Counted from the stretch's first letter, positions 52,933-64,000 are shown. The stretch: 64,000 nt of DNA from Chlorokybus atmophyticus (GCA_009103225.1 RHPI01003642.1:94451-158450), one strand, 5' to 3'. Translations and numbers: made by a program. The notes: generated by a model not told the origin, from the sequence alone.

Positions 52933-52997
52933 ATGACGTAACGCCATTGTTACGTACCCTGTTACGGTAAGTTAGGGTTTGCAGCGTAACGTAAGTC
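52933..52997. promoter_or_regulatory. Compact bidirectional promoter core with clustered GTTACG/CGTAAC motifs and a telo-box (52973-52980)
   Basis: Four GTTACG/CGTAAC hexamers plus TAGGGTTT lie within the 141 bp between the CCDC40 and ASB ATGs. Confidence 0.4.
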
Positions 52998-53038
52998 ACG
53001 ATCGTGGCGGTGAGGTGGCCGAGGGTGTGGGCGGCGGG

Positions 53039-54623
53039 ATGGCGGCGGTCGTGGCGCATGTGGCGTTGCTGGCCGGGGACGGCTTGTGCATCAGCAAATC
53101 TGGGCTAGCGCAATGCAGAGTTGAGGGCCCCCCTCACCGACCTCGGCAGGAGCAGCAGAGGGCGTGGTCAGCCGCCGCCAGGCCTCTGCACGTGCGCGCG
53201 AAGAGCGGCAGGAGGCTGACAGCTTCTTCTCCTAGCCCAAGCGGTACACCTCACACCCTTTCTATCTACACCAGCATTGTCATGCAAGTGGCCACAACCA
53301 AGTTGCACAGCAGATGTTGCAGCGAGTTGTGGTAGATAATGTGTTGCATTCCATGCAAGAGACTGTTGAATGCGCCTTGCGTTGGCTGCAACCTTTCAGC
53401 CAATTGCACTTGCTTATAGCATGTTTATGCTTTGTTAGAGCGTCGGCCTTGTGCGGCCACCCTGTCCGAGGAACACGCGGATGCTTCTACCAGTGAGTCT
53501 GGGGTCAGGCATCAGGTGGTCGTCATTGACAATTACGACAGCTTTACCTACAACATCTGCCAGGTATGTTGCTGACATTGTGCTGTGGTTCGTTGTGTAG
53601 CCGTCAACTGCCAGGTCATAAGCAGCTTGGTTGCGTTATGGTGTACATGTTATCCAGCATGGTGTCCAAGGTGTTGCTGCGCGCAGTACCTCGGGGACTT
53701 GGGCTGCAATTATGAGGTGTATAGGAACGACCAGATTACCGTTGAAGAAATACGCAGGTAAGCAGCAGTTAAACGATGCTGCGAGCAGTGCACCCGCTGC
53801 GCAAAGTCTTCTCACCCCAGAGGCCCTGCTCAGGATGAATCCAGGTGGCATCCTCATATCGCCTGGCCCAGGTACTATCAGCCGGATTTGATACACCTCC
53901 TCATGTTACCTGTGTGATTTACAAGCAAGAAACAACAATAATCCATCAGTATGGTTGGATTAGGCCGGCCGGAGGACTCTGGCATTGCGTTGGAAGCCGT
54001 GGAGAAGCTAGGGCCAGAGTTTCCATTGTTTGGGGTTTGCATGGGCCATCAGTGCATTGGTCAAGTGTTTGGAGGTGCGTAGTCACATTGTTATTAATCT
54101 GGGTCACAGCTTAATAGCTTCATTGGCACTCTTTCTGCACAGGCCAGATTGTGCGCGCCCCAACTGGTCTGATGCATGGCAAAACTTCACCTGTGTTCCA
54201 CAACAATGTTGGCATTCTTGAAGGCATGCCCAGGTGCGTGACTGTTGGCATTGGCTGCCTGTGCAATTGAATATTCTCACACTAATGCATCTGTCATGTG
54301 ATGTTGGTGCAGCCCATTCACTGCAGCGAGGTATCACAGCCTGGTGATTGAGAATGAAACATTCCCTCACGATCAGCTGGAGATCACCGCGTGGACAGAA
54401 GACGGCACGGTCATGGGCGTTCGCCACAAAACTTACCCTCATGTTCAGGTGCAGCACTGCTCCGCCTCCTCTAGATCTTCTTGACGTACAGGTGAATTGA
54501 CACTTAATGCACATGTTACAGGGAGTGCAGTTTCACCCAGAGAGCATCATCACACAAGATGGGAAGACTTTGTTGAAGAACTTCATGCTGTCGCTCAAAA
54601 CCAAGCAGCGGGTACCAAGCTGA
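53039..54623 (+). CDS. trpG: Anthranilate synthase beta subunit (class I glutamine amidotransferase), plastid-targeted
   Basis: Transit-like N-terminus, [41 protein letters not shown] and GVQFHPESI. Confidence 0.93.
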
Positions 54624-55479
54624 TTGCCAATCCATGCCGCTGCGGTGCAAGTACTTGCTGAAGTGATTGGTCTGTAATGGTATGAACTTTCACAATCGCG
54701 CACACTGCTATCAGTTCAGAGGTATATACAATGCCGCGTGCTATATAGCTTGAGCAATTGGAGTGTGCACATGATGGTGACAAGCAGTAAAACGTGTTCA
54801 TTTAACTGTCTCCCGCAAGAACATATTACAAGAAAGCCCAATGCTGCAACACCATGTTCATCTTGAATAACTGGTCACATGCACAGTGTAAAGGTACTTA
54901 TCTGTGGCAACCAAATCCTATGGCAACTCAATGCTTAACAAACAGCGTAGGTTGAGACTATGCGCATATGACATTATCTTTGACACATTGCCAACACTTA
55001 TGTAGCTTTTATACAAGCTCCGGTGCAAGCTTTCTGGAGCTTTGCGCGCAATGAACAACGCAGTCGGATACATAATTAATTGTGCGCAAAGCACAATGTC
55101 ACCTTTGTATTGAAAACCCTGCTGTCATTGAGCGCGCGCGTTAAAATGACGCGCTGCACACCATTGTATACAAATATAGCATTGCGATGTGTGACAACTT
55201 GACAAGCATGACACGTATTTTCATGGCAGTCACGCAGCAGCCAGGAGCAGTGTCTTGATAACCACCGGGTGATGCCTACCAATCAACTACCAACCATCGC
55301 TACTGCCCTTGCCCTCAGTTGACAGACATGCATACACATTGCAAACAGTGTTTGTACACACACATGCATAACCAACAGTAGAGAGTGTCCATTTCAAACA
55401 GTGTTTGTACACGTTACTCGTACACACTGCTGCTCATTACACAAAAGGAAGTAGCGACCTTGTACTCTTGATGTTGCAC

Positions 55480-58400
55480 TTAACAGTAGGTGAGAGGGCA
55501 CCCAGACTGCGCATAGTTTTGAGAGTTGAACTTTCTCATGACTGTGGTCACTGCACAAGAAAACACCACTTGTCAATTTCCAAACTAGCATGCATGCAAT
55601 GTGACCACCACACATCACACGACATTGATGACCAAGTCCACTTACGTTGAGTAACGTTGCCCCTACTGTACAAGGCGTGGCGGAAGTCCAGCTTAACCGA
55701 AAGGGGACACTAAGACAATCAACCAAGCGCTTAGTCGACACATGCATCAGCAATGCAATGCATCGCAATGCAAGAACAAAATGCAAGAGTTTTCTTGAAC
55801 AACACACCTGCGCGTAATACACCGTCTCCGCATTGAGCAGCGCTGCGGTGGCCTCCCTTGCTAAGGTGTCAATCTGTATTGTTGAAATGGTAATAAGCAG
55901 GACACGCATGGAAACAATGTGCAGGCACCTCCGGCATAAGCATTGGCAGTCACACACGCACATGCACACATAGGTAGGTTTGCGCACACGCATGCGTGCG
56001 CGCACATCACATCACATCACATCAACAACGCATTCGCACACATATCTACAAGGGCAAACATACCCGACGGGAGCCGGTTCTCAGAGATTGGCCGATGGTA
56101 CGGTTGCCAAAGAGGCGCTCAATGAGCTGCACATACACAAGCCACTCATGCATATGTAGCGTGTATACACGACGCTGGCAAGCACTAGCTTGAGCCTCAA
56201 TTTGAGAAAGTAACAACAAGCAACCATACCCGCGCATCTTCACTCGCACGGCTAGCGAATGCTTCAGAGAGCTTGGTGTACTGCTTGATATTGTTGGGAT
56301 AGTTGCATGCGAACCGATATGACCATGCATATACTGAACAACCCCGCTTTCCGCGCACTCTTCCTTCCGGAAACGCCTGCCTGTGGGTCACTCGACTCAG
56401 AGAGGCTGGTTTTGGTGTGAAGAGCGAACTTGTGCATGGTGCATCTCTACACACACACACTTACGTTGCGCATGATGGTGCGTTGTTAATCACTGTCACA
56501 TTAACACTGCGTGACACCTCAACGCCATCCTGTGAGAGGGTTACCGTGATGAGCTTGACTCCACTAGTGCCATACTGGCAGTAACCTGTCTTGTTGCCCT
56601 GTCACAAGCACCAGAGTTAGTCACTTCGTGAGGGGAGCTAGCTGCTGCAGCTGCATACCCGACCCAAGACACAACATGCACGAGTTGTTTGCTCACCACG
56701 TGATCCGGGCCACACTGTATGGTGAGGTCGAAAGGGAGGCAGTAAGTATTCGTGTACGACACGCTCACTAGAACAGCTTCTCCAACAGTTGGTCTTGCAT
56801 TGCCGCTATCTGGGACACCGCGCACGGAGTAAATCCTCGGGGGCGTTGTGCTGCCAATGACGGTGACGTTGGTGGTGAGAGTGATGGGGGTTGAGCCTGG
56901 GCAGGAGGAGTCGGGGTCGCTGCTGGCTCGCGCACTTAACGAGTACACCCCCGGACGGAGATGCAGTGTGCCCGCGTCAAAACGGGGTCTCGGCCCCGTC
57001 GCATCGTCAAAGTCACCATCGCTGTCAAAGTCCTAGGCCAGCGTGCGGGTATTACCGCATTCATCGACACCACCGGCAGCTGCCACGTAGATACTCCCGC
57101 AAAGGGACACTCTGTACAGCTCTCCGATGCTGCAAAGCCGAAAGGTGAGCAAAGACCTGTGTGACGACGACAACAACAACAACATGCATGTGTACTCGCG
57201 CTTACTAGTAGGTAGCAATGGTGATGTTTTTGGAGAGCGAGACGGAGACGTTGTTCTGCGTCAAGGTTGCGGTGATAACTTTCAGTCCAGGTGAATTGTA
57301 TCGGCAGATCGATGTCTTATTGCTCTGACCATACACACGGACAGACTGTCAGCACAACATCATGATTGCTCGGAGGTGTGGCATGCAGCAGCGATGATAG
57401 CGCTCGAGCTCAACTCACCACGTTGTCTGCGCCGCAATCAACAGTGACTGTGGAAGGAAAGCAGTACAAGGTTGACCTCGTGACTGAAACTTGGATGTCC
57501 TCGCCAGCGGTGGGGACGGGGTTGCCACTCCTGGGAGATGTGTTTATGCGAGTGATGGCGATCTTGGCACCCGCAATGACAGTCAAATTGACTGTGTACA
57601 CTTCAGTTGGAGAGGCAGGGCAGGGGGGGCTGCTGCTGGATTGCACACTCACTGGGTGGACACCGGGATAGAGACCGAACTTGCTGGGGAAAATGTAGGG
57701 CCTGCTCGCTGTGGAGTCGTCAAAGGCTCCGTCGTTGTCAAAGTCCCACGCAAGCACACGCTGTCTGCCACATGCGTCAACGGTGATGGGGGCTGCGAGG
57801 TAGACGTAGGAGCAGGGGGAGACGCGGTACGGCCCTCCCATGCTGCACGCACACGCACACGCACAACCGGTTGAGTGCACAGCCCCGGCAAAACAGCTTG
57901 TGTAACAACAAGTGCATCAATAACCGCACTCACTAGAAAGTCGTGACCGTGATGTTGCGTGAACGCGATGCAACAACGCCGAACTGCGAGATGGTGGTAG
58001 TGATGGTCTTCGTGCCGGACGTGCTGTATCGACACGTTTCCATCTCGTTACCCTGCCACAATGCCAGTGCGTGAGCACAACACCAATCAACAAGCTCACC
58101 AAACACCAACATGCGATGCAACACTGGCTGCAAGCGCGCATGCGCCACTCACCACGCTGTCTGGACCGCAGTCTAACACAAGGTTGTCCGGCACGCAGTA
58201 TGCTTTGGTGCTCTGCACACCCACCCTGATCCGCTCCGCCACACTTGCAACCGGGTTGCCGCTTTCTGGATACGTGTTTATGGCGCCGATGGCGGGCCGC
58301 ACGGTGGTGACGTTGACGGTGGTGCTCGCCACTTCGGGAGGAGAGTCTGGGCAGGAGCTGCTGGCGCGGACGCTTATCGTGTTGACTCCGAGACCGAGGC

Positions 58401-61400
58401 CCTGCGCGTACGCATTGAAGCTAGGATTGCGACCGGAAGCGTCGTCGAATAACCCGTCGTTGTCGAGGTCCCAAGCAAGGCTTCGCTCCTGGCCGCATGC
58501 ATCCGTGCTTGCGACGGCAGTCAGCCGGATGCTGGAACATATCTGCTCGCGGTACGGCCCTCCTATGCTGAAGAGACGAACACGAACAACAACATCTCAA
58601 CTCATGCACGCGCTGTGCATGCGTGCGTGCGTGCGTGTGCGCTTGCATGCATGATGACGCCGTGCTGCTCACATGAATGGCAAAACCGTGACGTTGATGC
58701 TTCGAGACACAACGATACCAAACTGCTCCAGCGTCACCGTAATCACTTTAACTCCAGTGCTGTTGTACCGACAGACGGCGGTCCCACTATAGGCCTGTTA
58801 TTGCAGAAGAGTGCAGCACAATCAGGCACGCGCGCACGCACGTGCGCACACACGCACATGGTATAGAACACGGCAAGCAAGGTATACCGCAAGTGTAGTA
58901 TATCATAACAACTGCGTACCTCCGCTACATTGTCCGGGCCGCAGCTGATGGTCTGGGTGTAGGGCAGGCAACGCTGCAAGAATGTTTGCGCAGAGATGCG
59001 GATGCTCTCGCCTATGGTCGCGTTGGGACTGCCGCTAAGCGTGGATGCACGCAAGCTGGAGATGACCGGCGGTACGGCCGTGACATTGAGCGTGGTACTG
59101 CGCACTTCAGGAGGAGACGCTGGGCAGGAGGGGCTGCTGCTGGCTTGAATACTTAGCGTGTGCACGCCGGGGGGCAGGCGCTGGTCATTATTGATCACAG
59201 CGTAGGGTCCGGAGGCGTCATCGAATTCGCCGTCGTTATCATAGTCCCATCGCAACACCCTCTGCTTGCCGCAAGCATCAACGCCCACACCCGCGGTCAA
59301 TTGCAAGTAGTCGCATGCTCGCATTTCAAAGGGCTCGGCCAATCTGTCGGTCAGTACTTGTTGTTATTGCTCATGGTCATGGTTGTTTGGTTGTGGACGT
59401 GAAGCGGTCATGCATGAAGGCGCGTGTGCGCGCGCATGTGTGTGCCAGCAGCAGAAACACTTACGATATGGTCTTGACTGTGACGACGATTTCCTCGGAT
59501 GCCACAAAGCCATCTTGCTCCAATGTGACTGTAATATGCTTGTCCCCGGTGGTGTTGTATTGACAGGCACCTTTTTGCCTCGACTGCGATTCGCACGGAG
59601 GCACCTCATGCGTAAATGCTTGCACGCCATGGCAGCATGCATGCAGCGTGCACATTTGGCTAGCACGAGCCACAACAAAGCAGCTGCTCTCTCACCATAT
59701 TGTCCGGACCACAGTTGATGGTCAGGTTGTGGGGCCTGCAGCTTGCAATGACAATGTCCGCAGTGGGTCTGAATAGCTCACCAACATAAGCTTCGTTGTT
59801 CACGGAGCCGGCATTGGCAGTTCGCGTGCGTGCTTGCACGCGTCGTATGAGAGGGACTGCACTGCCCGTGACCGTGACAGTAGTGCTGAGCACCACGGGG
59901 TCATCGGGACCCGGGCAGGTGGAGGGGCTGCTGGCTCGAGCGCTGATCGTGTACACGCCCGGCCGCAGATTGGCCGCCCTGAACGTTGGTCTCCCCCCAA
60001 CGGCATTGTCAAACACGCCGTCGTTGTCAAAGTCCCAGGCGAGGGTGCGTGGCTGACCGCACGCGTCCCCACCATATGCTCGCAGCTGGATGTTGCTGCA
60101 CACAGCCACGGTGTACGGGCCTCCCGCGCTGCGCTCGGCAAAACAAACAGCAGACATGCGTCAACACTGAGCTGAGCACAGAAGAGTCACATGCAGTGTT
60201 ACCAATATTGGTGTTGAACATGCAAGCGGCTTACTATGCAATGGCTCCGATCGTTTGGTTCGCCGTTAGTCCGAAGCACCACTTGCCGGGCTGCAGTGGA
60301 AGGACAACAGGTAAGTGACTGCCAAGCCTCTCTTGAGTACACATGTTGACACACGCGTGCCTCAGGAGGCACGTCTTCACGCGTGCATGCACGCGTGAAT
60401 GCATGCGTGCATGTGTATGCCTAAGCGGTTGCATGCATCATGCCGCCTGCGGCAGGCTGCTTGCTTAGGATGCAGACGGTATCTGGTAGTTGTGCCCACC
60501 TGCCCAATGTTGGAACTCTCTCTGGTTGCATTGCCGGCCGCCGCGGTCAGCGCGCTGGGCAGGCTGTAGCTGCGGACCCCATCCCCAACATTGAATCCCG
60601 CTTGCGCTGTACGCCAAAGCACATCAACACAAACCCCTCATGGTCAAATTGTGCACACACCATGTGCAAAAGGGCAAAGTGCAGTCGGAGGGGGGCACTT
60701 ACCCTTGTAATACAAGTTGGTAGTCTGGGGCCTGTCATTGGCGTACAGCAAGAAGATAAAGGTAGTGTCGGTGTTGAAAGCGATGACTATCTGGAACGTT
60801 TCGGCTGCAAGTTTCGCTGTGCAACACGTAGCGGTCTGAGCACAAAAGGGGTGTCAATACATGAACATGTGGACAGCGCGTGTCACATACATCAGACCTC
60901 TCCGCACATGCATGCAGAGGGGCACACACATTGTTCCAGGTGGCAATGACGGCTGATGTTGCACTGAAGCCGGCTGCGAGTTGTTCCGCGGGAAACGCTT
61001 CACGAGTGTCATCGCTGATACCGGCAAGAATGGCTGCGTCGTTGATCGTGCGGTATGTCGTCTGGCCACAGTTTCGGCACAAGTTGTAGAGCTGTGTCCA
61101 GAAGCCTGCCACCATGCTCAGGTTGGGATCTTGCGCCGGAAATTCCCTTGGTAAACCTCCGTAGCTCCGTCGGAAGTGGATTCCGCCATTGCTGTTGATG
61201 TACACCCCTCGCACGCTCGGTACTCCAAATACAGGCACCGCAGCTGGCAGGCGAACTAGGTTGGAAGCACACGCGTAGCACCTGCTCGCCACACAGACGA
61301 GAGTCAGTTGGGAGCTCCGTGTCATTTGCAAAGCACTACGCACGTTATGAACACCTCCTCATGCATGCACCATCATGGGCAGGCACGGCAGAGGACTGTG

Positions 61401-61647
61401 TCTTTCACTCATTGCAGTCGGCTACATGACACAGACGACAATCAAAGCAAGTGTTGTGTCGATTCGCCGTCCCACACAGGCAATAGATAAATGGCGTGGC
61501 AGTCAAATGCACGTTCAGGCAAGCCAGTGCATACGTTCTCATTGTTGTGTCGCCGCTGGCAGCGCCGAAGGGGTAGAGCTCCTGTACGGTAAGGGCGGAG
61601 GCGCCGACAGCCAGCAGCGCCAGAGACAGCATCCATGCCGCCGCCAT
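55480..61647 (-). CDS. Large secreted protein: signal peptide + NIDO domain + 5 tandem double-Ig/PKD-like repeats with WDxDxDG loops + C-terminal LAREATAALLNA...GCPL domain; in-frame TAG at 57033-57035
   Basis: Signal peptide MAAAWMLSLALLAVGASA and LYPFG..GD. NIDO-like motifs YINSNG, VAGFWT, VIATW, NTFQIVI and AQAGFNVGDG..YSLP..SSNIG..GKW. Five colinear repeats with conserved intron positions. The last exons can be spliced in frame to a stop at 55480. Confidence 0.82.
56460..60135 (-). repeat. Five tandem two-exon coding repeat units (about 0.75-0.9 kb each)
   Basis: Each unit is a large exon (GGPY..C..D.CG..R.L.WDxDxDG.FD..C.P..TTV.VT..SG..GE..C.P..CG.D.V) plus a small exon (C.Y.T.G.K.ITVTL.Q.G..V.V). 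Loops are WDFDNDG, WDYDNDG, WDLDNDG, WDFDNDG and *DFDSDG. Confidence 0.9.
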
Positions 61648-63230
61648 TGCCACCGGTGGCGAAGAAGAAAACGCAGCTTGACCCATTCTCAGAACCTGTC
61701 AAGCAGTCAAAGAAGAAGAGTTGAAACTGAGATCTTGTTGAAAGGAGCAAACTGGCGAGCGGAAGAACAGCAGCGAAGAGACAGATATGCATGCATGCAA
61801 AGGCTCTCACTCGCACGCACGCATGCAGCACACAGGGGCAGCAGGTGACGCGGCAGCAGCGAGCAATGCAGCACACAGAGAGCCAAGCACCTGAGCATAC
61901 TCACCTGGCCGAAAGCGGGCTCGGCGGCGGCGGCGGCAAGCAAGTGCCGCTACTCTAAGCCCAGACGCAACTTATCCTTGTCTTATACCCATGTGCTGAC
62001 TCCTATTCGTTTGCGGCGGCAGCGCACGCACCAGCGAGCTTGCCCTAGAAAAGCCGAGGAAGAGTCCAAGAACGCACCAAGAGAGCGCACGCCTGCTGGA
62101 TAACATCCTCGGTACCAGGCTGCTACGATCTGCACGTGTAAGTACAGTTCTTTGCACACGCTTCAACTTGGGTCTAGTGGCATCTAGCCACGTGCTGGTA
62201 CGGGCTGTCATCGTATTAGTCTGCTATGGAGGGAAGCGGGATGCCCTACCTGAAGTAGGCTACCGCATGACCTTACGAGCTTCCGTATTCGAGTTGAACG
62301 TCACCCAAGCTGAGATGCTCTCTGCAGCGAAATGCAGAGTGGTGCGGCCCCGGGTGCCCCCTGCTTGTTCGTCACGCGAATTTTGTCTGACCTTATGGCT
62401 GAAATTGAAATCACAGCATAACCTCTCTGTTACAAACCGCTGACCAAGAGATCTCGCCTTGTAAGAAACGTTTTAATGTGAACATATCAAACAAAAGCTG
62501 TCCACTCCAAGATCAAGAGACCCCGCAGCAGGACCTCAACATCATCGATTTTTTCTTACACGAAGGGTGCGGTATAAAATGCATTAACGTATGCATGTTT
62601 TGAAAGTTATATATTACTGGACGTAAGTAAGTGTCTTACAAATATTATGTGCCGGACAGCATGACATAGCATTAAACATTATACACGGCGTGATGTTTGT
62701 GACGTAACCTCGACCTAAGAGTTCGATCTTTGACGTCGAGGAAATAGACACGTTTTATGAGATAAAATGTAGGAGGATGTGTCTTCTATTCGAACACACG
62801 CTTCTGTGAGATGAAGTTATACTAAATGGTCAGGTGACACAGCTGCTTGCTGGGCGTGGCAAAGCTTTCGTGCATAGGGTAGCGAAACGAGGGAACAGCC
62901 GACATAGGAAAAAATTGATGAAACTGGATGTTTGCTCATGCTCTACGTTGAAAGTTCCAAACATGTAGCAAAGGGCGGTTACTGAAGCCAGCTTCGGCTG
63001 CGACAAATACTATTGCGATAGAGCTGACGACTTCATTGACGGAATTTAAGCTGACCCACTCGACCAAGTCCTTATAGGTGCTGCACGTTATCTACGTACA
63101 CTGTATAATGCAGCATGTGGTACATGCTGCGCTAGAATGTAGCAGCAATTGTTGCAACAACCTACAAAAACCTACATGTTACTGGTTGAGCACTACCGTA
63201 TTTCGTCCCCCCCCCCCCCGTTTATTATGC

Positions 63231-63658
63231 AGGGGGGGCTTTGTTTGTANNNNNNNNNNNNNNNNNNNNNNNNNNNNNNNNNNNNNCCCCCCCCCCCCCC
63301 CCTACCCTCTTACACCCCCCGGGGTGGGTGGGGGTATTGGTGGGTGGAGGCGTGCATAAACATACACTAAGTTGTTTGAGGCATGATTAGGGCGACTATG
63401 ACCGTGGCAGAGCCACGGCCTTTACCGCTGCCACCCCCAATGTCGCCGCCGCCCCCTCCGCCGCCTGTTTCCGTTGTATCTCGCGCCTGCCGCCTGAGGG
63501 CAGGCGCGAAATACGACGCACAGTTACGCTGCGTCGCGTATCTGACGCGACGCAGCGTAACGCCGCGCAGAAATACTACCGCCCGCGTCTCATAAGTTCG
63601 CCCTAATACAACCCCCCTAAACATAGGGGGGGCTTTGTTTGTAAGGGGGGGTTGTATT
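63231..63658. repeat. Cluster of GC-rich hairpins plus an exact 19-bp direct repeat spanning a gap
   Basis: Inverted repeats at 63481-63491/63499-63509 (11 bp), 63523-63539/63545-63561 (17 bp, perfect) and 63605-63617/63646-63658 (13 bp). agggggggctttgtttgta occurs at both 63231-63249 and 63625-63643. Confidence 0.8.
63250..63286. other. Assembly gap (N run) followed by poly-C
   Basis: Ns seen directly. Confidence 1.
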
Positions 63659-64000
63659 CGCACAAGTACGGTAATGTTGTCGTGCATACGAATTCCTTCT
63701 ATAGCATTTGCATATCGAGTACGTCATTGCACAATAACCTAACAAACTTCCGCTAATAACACAACAATAATTCAGACGTACTGAAACCCCGCAATGTGAG
63801 CTTTTCCACAATTCTCCATAAGGAAAACATGTAGGGAGGGACACAGTGTCTCTCCCTACTTGTAGGGCAAAATGTTAACTACTACTTGGATCTTCGGCTT
63901 CAACTTCAATCCCATCCATCTATTGCAGGTTGGAGTGAGGGTCTCAGGTTTGTGCTGTATTCGTATGCAGCACCGTTGTAGCATGCTCTGCCAAGATGTT

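Noticed and set aside
1-64000. CRISPR arrays, rRNA genes, intact tRNAs, autonomous transposons, prokaryotic operons
   Set aside because: None seen. The DNA is intron-rich eukaryotic, and the bacterial-like genes (murB, VOC, NIDO-PKD) all carry spliceosomal introns, which argues against contamination.

Overview
Eukaryotic nuclear DNA with short GT-AG introns and three assembly gaps. It is most likely from an early-diverging streptophyte green alga; this is an inference from the plant-type GH35 beta-galactosidase, plastid MurB and motile-flagellum CCDC40 occurring together. I can support 17 intron-containing protein genes: GATA TF, STK16-like kinase, TRM7, a VOC-family protein, RMT2, BGAL, RIC1, GMPS, DUF2301, nocturnin-like, LCMT1, MurB, mitochondrial L23, ATG7, CCDC40, anthranilate synthase beta, and a large secreted NIDO + 5x tandem PKD/Ig-like protein. 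Other features are a decayed gene-sized copy of mitochondrial rpl5 (NUMT), a MITE-like element, a tRNA-derived Pol III element and a hairpin cluster. Standouts: (1) the NIDO/PKD protein, which has five DxDxDG calcium-loop repeats, a bacterial-looking C-terminal domain, and an in-frame TAG replacing a Trp that is invariant in the other four repeats; (2) 15 consecutive genes on strictly alternating strands, forming seven head-to-head pairs, two with only about 70 bp between ATGs; (3) the rpl5 NUMT; (4) a bacterial-type VOC enzyme with a transit-peptide-like leader. Gene spans run from start to stop codon and include introns. Exon boundaries were read by eye and family assignments come from recalled motifs; no database search was run.
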